From positions 39,866,001 through 39,930,000 of the forward strand of contig OZ320320.1 in assembly GCA_976226885.1 (NCBI GenBank): a DNA stretch of 64,000 nt. The letters run 5' to 3'. A program made the translations under genes and the position numbers. The notes under the pieces are model-generated. The model was given only the letters and a program-made list of their open reading frames with translations. It did no database searches and had not been told where the DNA came from. The DNA comes from Iphione sp. A-MEVVRFRX5 (lineage: Eukaryota). Positions within the stretch are counted from its first letter, which is position 1; each line of letters begins with the position of its first letter. Of the stretch, positions 39,631 through 51,551 are shown piece by piece.

Positions 39631-40221
39631 TGTAACACAGTTACTATTGATGAAGATGTATTAGAACGTCTCGTGTGATCCTTAATGAGTGGATAAGTAA
39701 AAGGGAGTTACATTGTATTCTGCAGAATGTATATTGTGAAATAAAATACAATGTCTGTACAGTGTATAGATAGACGAATTACAAGCAAAGCCTTGTATGA
39801 AGTATATTGATGTTTACTGAGAAAATTTTCGCTTACACTACACAGGATGTAGTCTATCTTTCGTCCACTTCACAATTCTTCGCTTATCGGTAACCAGAAC
39901 CTTGTCCTTAAAATAACGGTTGTTCACACGGTGTCCGGGCACGGCAACAAGATAGCGTGTAAGGTAATGCTTTGCTGCTACCCTGGATACGAGGTGCTAT
40001 TGACATCAGAGAGTAAAACTTTAATGATGCTTTGTCTGAACAAGACATGTTTGACACTTGATGGATGACCATATCCAGCTCGTCCGGTATATAAGGTTGG
40101 CGGTCCGAGGAGTTAATCGGACTCGCCCGGGTTGCTGCTGATGACGATTGTACCTGTACTACGGAGCTGAAGAATAAAGGCTGAAATCAAACCTGACTCG
40201 TGGTGTTGCTTTTGTGCTACA
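39631..40221 (+). repeat. Gypsy-2 5' LTR
   Basis: Copy of 58547-59137 (~25 substitutions by eye); TATATAA at 40088, AATAAA at 40173. Confidence 0.97.
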
Positions 40222-40232
40222 CCCATCTCTTT

Positions 40233-40250
40233 TGGTGCCGTGACCAGGAT
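40233..40250 (+). promoter_or_regulatory. Primer-binding site complementary to tRNA-His(GUG)
   Basis: TGGTGCCGTGACCAGGAT is the reverse complement of the invertebrate tRNA-His 3' end (...ATCCTGGTCACGGCA-CCA, recalled from memory). Confidence 0.88.
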
Positions 40251-41040
40251 CAGCCACTGAGCTTCGCCAGAGGTACCATCAAAGTGACGCTGAAGCACCC
40301 ATGTGGGCATCTTCGCCGCTGAGACAAACATTCATCAGTGAGGTAGCGGAAGCGGCTAACTGACACGTGGTGTACTCATCGTACTTTGTCCAAGGACGAA
40401 GCCCGCTGTTCTCACGTTTCCGAGGACGACAGAATCGACCGAGGTACATCACCAGAGTGTTGGGACACCCCGCGTACTCGCTAACAGTACGCCGGGAACA
40501 TCAACTACCACGACAGGTCACCGAACGCGAACTTCCGAGAGGCGTGCGACTCACGGTAGGAGAATAGCCCTTGAACCTGTCGCTGACAGAACCAGTGAAG
40601 CCTGGAAGGCGGACGCTGTCACAGACGAAACCAGTTGTAGAGGGCATTCGGCGAGTGTCCCCCGACCCTCAGTGGGGCCGGTTAGAGGCGCCGGTCGAGG
40701 AAGTGGACTGCAATCAGTTACCCCCTGCCCAACCGGGTAGGACGACGAGTCCACTGAACTAGCTAAGTCCCGAGGACCTACGGCACACCATCGTGAGACG
40801 TCGCGAGGCAAGAGGGGCAGCAGACAACGATGAGCAGATGCAGCAGCTCCTACAAGCGGTCCAGAGGGGAGCATCACCCGTCGCGAGGTGTACCTGGTGT
40901 CGTGCGTTGGAGTCGGGAGAGGGAGGAGCCAGTCGTCGCCGCCGCGAGCACTGTTGCCGCTTGAGTTCACGATTGAAATGGCGCGAAACGAGTAGACGTA
41001 CTGTACGAGTGGTCCTCTGGAAATATATGATTCAGACAAA

Positions 41041-42492
41041 ATGCCCAGACAACCGAGAGCTGAAAACAAGGGAAAAGACACCCCCAACAGACCTGGACTC
41101 CGACCGCGCTCCAGATCGCTAAAAGATGAAACCACAACAGAAGGAATTGATCAGTAAAAATCCGATCAAGACATGGAGGGCGATAATGGAGGAAGCGTCG
41201 GCGGCGGTGACAAGGGCAACGAGGAACCGAGGAATGTAAACAAAGGGACTCAGGTCAGTGACAGTGTCAATGCCAGTGACAACAACGGTGTGACTCTGAC
41301 ATCTGAATCAGTGAGCCGCCTACAACAAGAAGTGGAGACACTACGAGCTGAGATCACCCGGCTAAAGGCCCATCTAACGGTGGACCTAGGAGCACTGAAG
41401 AACGAGATAGAGACATTGAGGCAGGAAAACAGAGACCTCAAGGAGAGCTGACTGAGAGACCGGAGCGACAGGGAGAAAGCCCTGGCATCGGAGGTGGGTG
41501 GCCTGACAGCGAGCATAGCTGTGGTATCTAAAAAAGTAACCAAACTAGACGATGATATCTCAAGGATCGAACTGCGCCATAGATCGAAGCGGCTGGTAGT
41601 GGAAGGGATACCGAAGGATGAAGAAGATCGACTGACGAAGTACATTGAGTCGTTAATGCACTACGTTGCTGGTGTCAACAAGCGTAAAATACGGGACGTA
41701 CTTATATTGAACAAAGAGGGGAAGAAGCTGAAAGCGTGCGTCTGGCTTGATGAGATCGAAACAAGGAGGCAAATCCTAAAGAACAGAGCGGTTCTAGTGA
41801 AGTCACGGCTGTACTCGACAGTATACATCTCGGAAGACATTCCACCACGAGCACAGGATGTCCATCGCAGACAATCGCGCCTGGCGTCGGCTGCTAGGAG
41901 TGGAGGAAGACGCACGACTGTGAGAGGGACGGACCTGCTTCTAGATGGGGAAAAATACACCCTGCTGGATACGGAAGAGTTACCACACGATATACTGGAT
42001 GAGCTTCGATCGCCAATAGAAGACGGGGATGAGGTGAGCTTCAATAATGAGGTCCCAGGCCTATCCCCAATGGAATATTCACCGATGGAGCTAGACGGCA
42101 CATACTTCGACTGCCTTGAGACTGCGTACCAAACATGCAAGTCGTGCATCTGCAAAGACTCTCGTGCAGCACGAGATCTAAACAACTGCGCGTCGGGCTA
42201 TGAGGCGAGGAGGATTGGAGCAAAAATTGAAGAAACAGACCAATGGACCGATGCAATAGAAATCACATTAGATACACTGGTGGGTCGAAAGTATGAAAAT
42301 AACAAATGCCTAAGGGATCAGTTGTTGTCCTACGATGTAAACTCTTTGATGTATCTTGATTACAATCGCACGCTCGGCTCTGGTACGAAGGGAGCGGGGG
42401 TTAACGAAGACGCGGGAATGAGAGTAGGGAAAAACCTGCTAGGGCAAGCGTTGAGCAGGTACATAGGCAAAATTAAGAATGGAACGGAGTAA
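41041..42492 (+). CDS. LINE-B ORF1: coiled coil + L1-like RRM/CTD + NADAR-like domain (two in-frame stops, no frameshift)
   Basis: MPRQPRAENK..., LQQEVETLRAEITRLKAHL, RSKRLVVEGIP, VYISEDIP, LLDGEKY; NADAR motifs 42031-42465 ending GKNLLGQAL; stops at 41155 and 41449. Confidence 0.82.
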
Positions 42493-42549
42493 CACATAGC
42501 ACATCGGGACAGTTGTTTTGATGTTTTGATGTATTGATGTTTACGTATC

Positions 42550-43422
42550 ATGTCGCTTACATGTCTCTATGTTATTTTTCTGGAATGGGACGTGCGTCCA
42601 CCTATTACAATAGACTTTTTGTGTAAACAAGGTAAAATGAGGTCATGTGCGTTATCCAATTGTACTTGTGTTGGTTACTCAGTTGTATTACCAGTAAGTA
42701 TTGTGTGTTCTTCGCAATCCTCAGAGTTTTGGATCCGCAACCATCCGCGGGTGCCTGATTCACTACGTACGAGGGTCGTGACCATCTGCGACTCAAGAAC
42801 ATTTAGGACTGTTATGCGACTCCGATGTCGACAAATGCCACCGGTGGAGATAAGAGTATGGAGATTCAGATGCATCGCATACTCAACCCTACTGCGATTT
42901 CTGGGAGGCCACGACCTGTCAGACTACAGGGTAGTGGTGGTAATGACGGGTACCTACGATCTGTTGCGACGGGAGTGCTGTCAATGGACTCTGAGGTGCC
43001 AAGACGTCAGACGGTACAGCACGAGGCTGAGAGGGACGATCGCCCGTTTAACCCAAATGCTCAGGGGAGTAGATGAGGGAGGCCCAAGATTAATCTGTGT
43101 GCCGATGCCGGGAATACTGCTGAGGCGTTGCGAGCCAGATTTATTCCTGGAATATCCGCTACAACAGATACTCCTCAATGATACCACATTTGAACACAAC
43201 TCGGTCTGCATGCGGACTGCACGGCGATATGGCCTACAAGCACCTGGCATTGACAGTGTGATCAACGGTGTGGTAGGTGGAATATTCCATTTAGATGGTG
43301 AACATCTAACAATAGATGGCATTGGTCTTGAGCTCCATGTACATTCGGAGTGGGCCACAGAGCTGTCTGTTCTTATTACAAACTTTATTTATCGTTTTGG
43401 TTTACCTGCAATCCTAATTTGA
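42550..43422 (+). CDS. LINE-B ORF: SGNH/GDSL esterase, open frame of 290 codons
   Basis: VVTICDSR (Ser), MTGTYDL (block III), LDGEHL (DxxH); homologous to the LINE-A esterase; true start uncertain. Confidence 0.72.
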   Translation: MSLTCLYVIFLEWDVRPPITIDFLCKQGKMRSCALSNCTCVGYSVVLPVSIVCSSQSSEFWIRNHPRVPDSLRTRVVTICDSRTFRTVMRLRCRQMPPVEIRVWRFRCIAYSTLLRFLGGHDLSDYRVVVVMTGTYDLLRRECCQWTLRCQDVRRYSTRLRGTIARLTQMLRGVDEGGPRLICVPMPGILLRRCEPDLFLEYPLQQILLNDTTFEHNSVCMRTARRYGLQAPGIDSVINGVVGGIFHLDGEHLTIDGIGLELHVHSEWATELSVLITNFIYRFGLPAILI

Positions 43423-44252
43423 AAGATTAGGGTTATTGCTTCTTCGGGGTTACTACTCCACCACAATGAGAACTTTCAACAGTGACTTTTGTGATGCTGA
43501 TTCAGTAGTGATTGGTTATAGCCTTTGACGATTCAACATCGTGCCCCTGGTATACAATCAATATGTTGCCCTACATTTAATCTGTGATTGTCTGATGTGA
43601 TTTATAATATTCTAACAAACAATCTATCTGTGATCTAGGTAAACACAATTAGGGAATCATACCGGCAGTTACTTCCTTGTCTCTGTCACTTATCAATGCA
43701 TATAAAGCCAGATTAAACATTGTTATTTGGCATATCGTAGTATGCAAAGGACTATAATTGTGCTGGGATGAGCAAGATAGTGTAAAAGTTGGATAGTGTG
43801 TGTCACAACAGTGTGCAGCTGTCAGCCTCTAGGCTGAAGGAGATGGATGTATGTGATGACTGGTGACTGGTGATAAGATATGACTAAGAGAAGAATGTTG
43901 GATGCCAGGAAAATTTTATGCGCACTTGGTGGTAAGGCTGGATATCCATTAAGATGGCGTGATATGTGCTTATGTGCTTGAGAGTGATGAGTACTCAGGG
44001 ACTTGTGCTACCACGAAAACCATACACGAGTAGAGCCGTAGAAATGGTCACAAACTTCTACATGCATGCCTCTACACATAAAACTTAAGGTAAATATTGA
44101 CATATAAAATATTTACGTTTTAAGTTTTTTACCTTATGGGCGGGCAATAATATGACATGACGACATTTCCAGAGGACCCATGTACTAATGCAGCAACTTA
44201 GTACTTCGATAGGACTTAAGGGGATTGTAAGCTGACTGACGACCCAAAAACA

Positions 44253-47033
44253 TTGACTATGGGGATTCCAATAGTTGGATACAACATACGAAGCTTAGTT
44301 AAAAAGACGTGGCAATTAGTTGACCACCTAAGAGGTTGTAATACAGATGTGGCCTGTATTACAGAAACTTGGTTGGGGCAGGGACATAGCAATCGTGAAA
44401 TTTATATGCCAGGTTATTCAGTGGAACGGAGGGACCGGCCTACAAGGGGAGGGGGTGTAGCGATCTACTACAAAGAAGGAATTCGTTTGGAGAAGGTAAT
44501 AGAGCTACCAGATGACTGCTCCGGCTGCGACATGCTAGCGCTTCGACTGAAGGTGGGAAAACAACGACCAGTGGAAGTGCTTGGAGTTTACCGGCCACCT
44601 GGAGTGTCTGTCAAGGACAGTATCAAGGTGATAGAGGGCACAGCACGGTGTCTAGGTAAATCGGGACGATGCGATAGGGTTATTATGGGGGATTTTAATT
44701 ACGATTACATGTCAATAGGGAAAGCTGGAACAGGAATCGCCAAACTGCTATCAGAACTAGGGTACATACAACAAATCGAGGAGGCGACCATGCTTAAGAA
44801 TGACCACTGCCTAGACCATATATGGACCTACTTTAGAGGGAGATGCCAAGGACGGACAAGAGAATGGTTTCTGAGTGACCATCTGGCGACAGAGGTGCTT
44901 CTGAAAAAGGGGAGACCGAAATATGTGGAAGAGACAAAAACTGTTCATGACTGGAGGAATGTGGATATCAGCAATCTGCATACATTCATGAGAGGTGCCC
45001 ACATGAGAATGGACTGTGACCATGAGGACTCATGGGAGAACTTTGAGGACAGTCTAAGAAAAGAACTGGAAACCAGAAGCCCTGCAAAAACAGTGAAAGT
45101 GAAAAAGGATGACAATGGATTCTTACCAAGTGCAGAGGTAAAACAAGTCCTAGAGGAACGAAAATACTTCTATCAGAAATGGAGAAAACACCAAACAGAA
45201 GACAACTACCGAGTATTTAACTTCTGGAACAAGAGGGCACGACAGGCACTAAGGCGGAACCGGCGTGAGCATTGGGAGAGGAAGATAAGGTTGGCCAGTG
45301 GAAACAGCAAGCAGACCTGGGATTGTCTAAATGAAGCCCTACACAGGAATGTGAAACAGGAAAAGATGCCTGATGGAGAGAGCTGGAAGCGGAATCATGG
45401 GATGAGCTTCGCTACATCGCTGAATAACTTCTATGTGCATGAAGTTGAGGCCATCTCAGGAATCACTAAGGATGACATAAGGAGGGACAACAGCAGGAAG
45501 AGAGAACTTATTCATGGACAGGGATTCTAGCTAACGCCACCATCACCAACTGAGGTGATGGCCTTGGTTAGTAAGATAAGGGTCCGAAAATCGTCAGGCA
45601 TAGAGGGAGTGCCAACAAGGATCATAAAACCCCTGTTTGAACTATGCCCGGACTACCTAAGCTGGCTATTTAGTGAGATCTTCAGAACTGGAATGTACCC
45701 GAAACGGTGGAAGGTTGCAAGAATTACACCGGTACATAAACGGGGGTCCGTGGAGGAAGTGGGAAACTTCCGGCCGGTGTCAATCCTACCGGTGCAAGGT
45801 AAACTGTGCGAGAGATGGTTCGTGAAGGAACTCAGCAGGAAACTGGAAGCATTGGGAAAACTAACAACCGCTCAGCATGGTTTTCGTGAACAGCGTGGGA
45901 CAGAAACAGCAGTAGTTAACATTGTCAACACGGCCATGGAATTGATGAACGAGGGCAAGTATTGTTGTTTAATAACATTCGATCTAAAGAAGGCCTTCGA
46001 CATTGTGCCCCACGTCACGATCCTGGAGAGGCTGTCTGCTATGGGTGCAGGAGCGAAAACGAAGAGAATGATCGACTCGTATCTAACAGATAGAAAACAG
46101 TATGTCAGGTGCCTAGGGGAAAAATCAGCCGAATTGCCGCTGAAACAAGGAGTGCCACAGGGATCCATATTTGGCCCTGTGGCTTTCATCCTAGCCGCCA
46201 ACACGGTGGAGGCACATCTTCCGAATCACTGCCATGCAGTGTTGTATGCTGACGACCTGTCGTTGTTAGTATATGCAAATGATCTACTGAGACTACGTAC
46301 AACTGCTGCACGAGCTGTGGAGGGGGTTCACTCCTGGTGTGCCAAAGAGAGACTGGTAGTCAGTATCGACAAATGTGCCTACTCCCCCCTTGGAAAAGCC
46401 ACAGGCATACCCCTGGACCTGTCCCTACTAGGAGAGCCGCTAAAGATGACTCAAAAGACCGAACTACTTGGGTTTGTCTTAGACGGCAAACTTACGATGA
46501 AAGAAGGCATCAAGCAAGTCAAGGCGCGAACATGGAGGACGGCATTGACTATTGGGCGGACAAAAGGATACCTGCCTATAGGGGCAAGGGCCATACTTCT
46601 AAAGAGTCTTATCTTTCCCCACTTTCACTACAATAGTGCCATCTGGTATGGGATAACGGCATCAGACAAGATCAATCTGCAGATACATCTAAACCGATGT
46701 ATTAGGGTGTGTCTGCAGAAAAACTCCTTCCTGTCAGCAACCGTAATGTGCACGAGGTTTGGTATCCCCAAGGTGGAGGAGATGATCAAGACCAGAGGCC
46801 TAATCGCCATACACAATCAAGTGAAATTGGGTCTGCTGGAACAAGGGAAAGTGTCTCGGACAAGACGGGGACGTGAAGTGCGAGGTATGCTTCCAAGGCC
46901 CAAAGACACTCGGTTCACCTCAAGTTTGAGGTATGATGGAACAAGGAAGTGGAATGAACTACGACAAGAACTAAAGGACATGCCCAAACTAACAAGGAGG
47001 GTGTTGCAGAGGGAAGATCGTGGGCTGGTGTGA
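44253..47033 (+). CDS. LINE-B ORF2: APE-RT, single in-frame TAG at 45528-45530
   Basis: YNIRSL, ITETW, RRDR..GGGVAIY, YRPP, GDFN, CLDHIW, SDH; FRPVSIL, FDLKKAFD, GVPQGS, YADD. Confidence 0.96.
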
Positions 47034-47867
47034 TCTACATGCATGGACGCAAACTGGCTTGTCCAGTGAGGCGAGGATCACTGTGGGAGGGAAAGGGACG
47101 AGCGGACCAACGCAATCGACTAACACAGAGCAACAGGGTACACCAACACTGAAAACGAGACTACATATCTGGACGAATGTCGAGACAGGGGAGGGGACGG
47201 GAAACACGGGGAGAGGGAGCAGACTGGAATGAAAAATGGAAAGTATGAGGCACACTGGGGATGAAAGGGTGGATGAGAATGGATGATGCATGGAATTGAA
47301 TGGATTAGATGCCTCATAGTGGAGATGAAAGGAAGGAAAGACGGATATGATGGGGGTTTGCCACTTGACTGAGGAGTGAGAGATAGAATGCATATCAAAA
47401 TTCTATGAAGGATATGGGAGAGTATATAAGGATTTAATGATCAAAAGGTATGGTGTAAAGAGATGATAACCCAGACTGTCTGTTGTGGAAGGAGTGTGTA
47501 AGGCTGATATTAATACAGCGTGAGGAGAGAAGGAGTGTGGATATGGGGCGTGGATGTTAAACACATGAGAATTGTAATTAGTAGGGACGCAGAACAGAGC
47601 GTGGTACGATGGATAAGCATTTTGTGTTGGGAATGTTATGCATAAAACTTATTGAGGTCTTGTTATGTTATAACAGATATCGCATGATTTACAAAACACT
47701 ATGGTCTAACAAGAAGTTTTGTTCAGGGAATATTTAGGTGAGAACTGAGGACTTGTATATGGCAATCATCTATTTCTATGCTTGGAATGTAACAAACGTG
47801 TAACCTTGTGAAAACCATCTTCAGTGAGGGATTTATGTAGAAGAAATGAGAACTACACTGTATTGAT

Positions 47868-47932
47868 ATAACACAATTGTTTATTGCAAACACAATCCTC
47901 TGTTGTAAACACAATCCTTTGTTGTAAACACC
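47868..47932. repeat. ~22-bp tandem repeat x3 in the LINE-B 3' UTR
   Basis: AAACACAATCCTYTGTTGT units. Confidence 0.75.
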
Positions 47933-47961
47933 GACTTTTCTCAGCACATTCACATGGAAAA

Positions 47962-48013
47962 CTCTGTAATCGCCTATGGAGATTTTGAATAAAACAATTG
48001 AAATTGAAATTGA
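47962..48013 (+). terminator. LINE-B 3' end: stem-loop, AATAAA, (ATTGAA)n
   Basis: CTCTGTA-ATCGCC-TATGGAG hairpin, AATAAA at 47988. Confidence 0.8.
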
Positions 48014-48168
48014 AGTTACCCATAACCGGTTAAGAGACAGGACTGACAACAGAGAACCCAGAATAATGAACTGTGCAGCCATGAAGCTGAAAGGTGAGCG
48101 AGAGTTTCTGGGGATGTTCTGCCAAGACACATGAACCTAGTGGGTAGGGTTTAAGGGTCCAAATTGTG

Positions 48169-48345
48169 ATGGATCTGACCACTTTTGAATTTGACTCCTG
48201 TTCGGTGGGGTATATTGTTGTAATGCTCCTAATTGTGGCCATGCTAATGGGAGCAATAGGATATTTGGCATGTAAACTAACTCCAGGTTGTGGGGCCCCA
48301 GGACTGGTGTTAGTGGGAGACGGGGAACCCCACGCCCTTCCCTAG
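48169..48345 (+). CDS. 58-aa single-pass transmembrane short ORF upstream of Gypsy-2 gag
   Basis: MDLTTFEFDSCSVGYIVVMLLIVAMLMGAIGYLACKLTPGCGAPGLVLVGDGEPHALP*; below the ORF-track cutoff; translated by hand. Confidence 0.45.
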   Translation: MDLTTFEFDSCSVGYIVVMLLIVAMLMGAIGYLACKLTPGCGAPGLVLVGDGEPHALP

Positions 48346-48365
48346 GAGTTGGGTAAGTCGGGCTT

Positions 48366-49293
48366 ATGGAGGTGCCCGAGGCGCCCCAGGGAGTGGAGGG
48401 AGGAGGTCCGAATCTCCAGCGATGCTTTCAAGGAATAGATCAGCACTTAGCTAAGGTGACAGAAAATTTGAGTAAACAGGGAGCTAAACAATCAGTTCCT
48501 AGTTTTGATGGAAAGCCAAAGGGATTCAAGCCATGGATGAAAGCAATTGAACACGCTACCATTGGATACGTGGTGCGGCCTGAGGCAGCCATGTGATTTA
48601 AGCAACGGCTAGCCCAGCTAACAGCAGAAGGGCCGGTAGCTGATTATATCATACGTTATGTGGAAGAACAAGACAATAGACTTCAAGGAGGTGATCCTCA
48701 AGTGCTTGAACCGGTTTTGACCCAGGTTGAGTGGGGCAGGTTTAAGGAGCAACTATCCTGCAGATTTGGGGAGGTTATTGCGGAAATGTAAGCCAAAATC
48801 CGATGAGACCATATATGTATACTCTGAGAGGTTACTCGATCTAGCCCGAGACGCCTTTTCGGATGAAGAAATGCACCAAGCAGCGGTGCAACAACAGCTA
48901 GTCGAATTCTTCACAGACGGGGTGAAGAACCCCAAGGTGGCTAGGAAAATAATACGAGAAGGACATGAAGATTTTGTGGCCACTGTCACCTGTGCAGGAG
49001 GTGAGACGGAAGTCCTCCGCCATATATCATTGAGAGGGAGAGATGAACATACCCCCATGGAAGTAGATGCCATTGACACCAGGAAAAAACGGTTTCAGGG
49101 CAATTGTCACTGCTGTGGCAAGCAGGGTCACGTGGCGAAGAATTGTTACGCCGCGAAGGCCAAGTTAAGGGGACAGAAGGAGGGTGTTCCCCAGCAACCG
49201 TTATCAAAGGTGGTTAAGAAGGTCCAATGTTATGGATGCAAAAAGTTCGGACACTACCGGTCCCAGTGCCCGAATAAAAATTCAACGAATTAG
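48366..49293 (+). pseudogene. gag: Gypsy-2 gag with two CCHC knuckles
   Basis: VPSFDGKPKGFKPWM, TPMEVD, CHCCGKQGHVAKNC, CYGCKKFGHYRSQC; stop and frameshift near 48596-48727. Confidence 0.92.
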
Positions 49294-51551
49294 GAAGACC
49301 GACGCCTGATACAAGATGACTGATAGGCTGACTATTAAAATTAAGGTAGGCCCGTATGGCTTCCGCGCTCTGCTAGATACTGGGGCAGACGTGTCTGTTG
49401 TGAGGGAGGATACCTACAAGAGTCTGGAGAAGCGAAGGCTGGCTACGATGGTGGATACACCACCCATCACTATACGAGGAGTGGATGGTGGAGAATTACA
49501 GCAATAGGGTGTGACTAATATCGAATTCTCAGTCCAGGGAATTAGTTTCTCTGCGGAGTTCCAAGTCATGAGTCGCCCTCGACACACGTTTATCCTAGGT
49601 TGGGACTGGTTAAGCCAGCACCCAATGCAGTTGTTGCCGGAGGAGGGGATGGTACGTTGTGGATCCTTGTTGATCCCCATGATTGCCGAACAACAGGTTG
49701 AGGCAATCGTGCGGGTGGAATCCGATACCATCCTGCCCCCGAATACGGCAGTTATAGCATGTGGTAAACGGAGACGGAAGGATACTCCGGTAGGGGATAC
49801 CCAGGCTATGATAGTGAAGGGTTCCAAGCAGAGTTACCTAATTGAGGAACCTGGAGTCATAGTCGCCAACTCTCTTACGACTGTGCGATCCGACAAAATT
49901 CCAGTATTAATTGTAAACACCACTACGCGCACCCTAATGCTGAAAGCAGGGAACGTGATCGCAGAGGTCGAGCCTGTCCGAGACGAAACTTGCCACGAGT
50001 TGGGACTGATCGGTACGAACTCAGCGCCAACCCCTCGCCAATTAAATGTAGCAGTCTCCACTTTAGGGGAGCTGCTGGCGAATAACGAGGATTTATTTGC
50101 AGCCTCGGATATGGAGTTGGGTTGCACCCATCTCGTTACCATGGAGATCAACACGGGAGATCACGAACCCATTGCTTAGAAGCCCTATCATGCACCACTG
50201 TCCCGACAAACTGTGGTAGAGGAGAAAATACAGGGTATGATGGACGCTGGCATTATCCGCACTAGTCGCAGTCCGTGGGCTTAACCGATTGTGCTGGTGG
50301 AGAAGAAAGATGGCACGATGCGATTTTGTGTCGATTATCACCGCGTCAATGATGTTACTGTCAAATTCAATTGGCCATTGCCTCGAATCGATAATATCTT
50401 GGCTAAGCTGGGAGGCAGTACCTGTTTTTCTACCTTAGATCTTCGTAGCGGTTATCATCAAGTCCCTATGGATGAAGCCTCCAGACCCAAGACCGCATTT
50501 GCTTGTCACGCAGGGTTATTTGAATTTAATGTCATGCCATTTGGGTTGTGCAATGCACCTAGTGTTTTTTGCGAGCTTATGGCCAAGGTTCTGGATGGAA
50601 TTAACGGCACGTTCACCACAGCTTATATCGACGATATCTTAGTATGGTCGCCTGACCATGCTACTCACCTTTGCCATCTGCAAATGGTGTTTGATCGATT
50701 AAGAAGTGCAGGGCTGAAGTTGAAGCAAAGCAAGTGCAACTTCTTTTGTCCTCGCTTGCAATATCTAGGGCATATCATCACGCCTGATGGAGTACAGCCT
50801 GATGATGGAAAAGTAGCTAGCATCTCCGACCTGGAACCTCCAGTCGACGTAAAGGGTGTCCGATCCTTTATAGGGATGGCTAGTTTCTACAGAAGATATG
50901 TGCCAGCATTCACCCAGATTGCCGAACCATTGATTGCCATGACCCGAAAGCGTGCGGAGTTTAAGTGGACTCCTGAGTGTCAGATCGCCTTTGACACGTT
51001 GAAGGAGAAGCTTATCAATCCTCCACTTTTGGCCTTTCCAGTGTTTGACCGGGAGTTCATCTTGTATACCGATGCGAGTGACGCATGCATCGGAGCTGTG
51101 CTCATTCAGGAGTTTGACGACGGAGAAAGACTGATCCAGTATATGTCGCACCACCTGAGTGAAACTCAGCAGAGGTGGCCCGTTATTGAAAAGGAAGGGT
51201 TTGCCATTGTCTCTGCAATCCGGAAGTTCCGCGCTTTTCTGTACGGACATAAATTCATTGTCCGTACGGACCACAAACCCTTGAAATTCTTTTTTAAAGT
51301 CAGAACAGAAAAACGCTAAGGTCCAGCATTGGGCCATGCAGCTTTCTGAGTATGACTGTGAAATTCAATACATCCCTGGTAGGGATAATATTCCCACCGA
51401 TGCTTTAAGTTGGCTTTGGTCAGGTCGAGAGGATCTGCAGGTAGGACACTCCAATTCTGGAGAAGAACTGGCTCCGCTCGACCAGACCGATTCGGATGTG
51501 GGATCAGGGGCCCCTTGAGGATTCCGCGCCTGAACCGTATGTACAGAGTAC

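Larger units (their letters stand above)
40724..48013 (+). mobile_element. LINE-B: nearly intact three-ORF CR1/L2-group LINE inserted in the Gypsy-2 leader
   Basis: ORF1 41041-42492, esterase 42550-43422, ORF2 44253-47033, hairpin/AATAAA/(ATTGAA)n tail; candidate TSD AGTTACCC (40716-40723 / 48014-48021); 5' boundary tentative. Confidence 0.9.
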
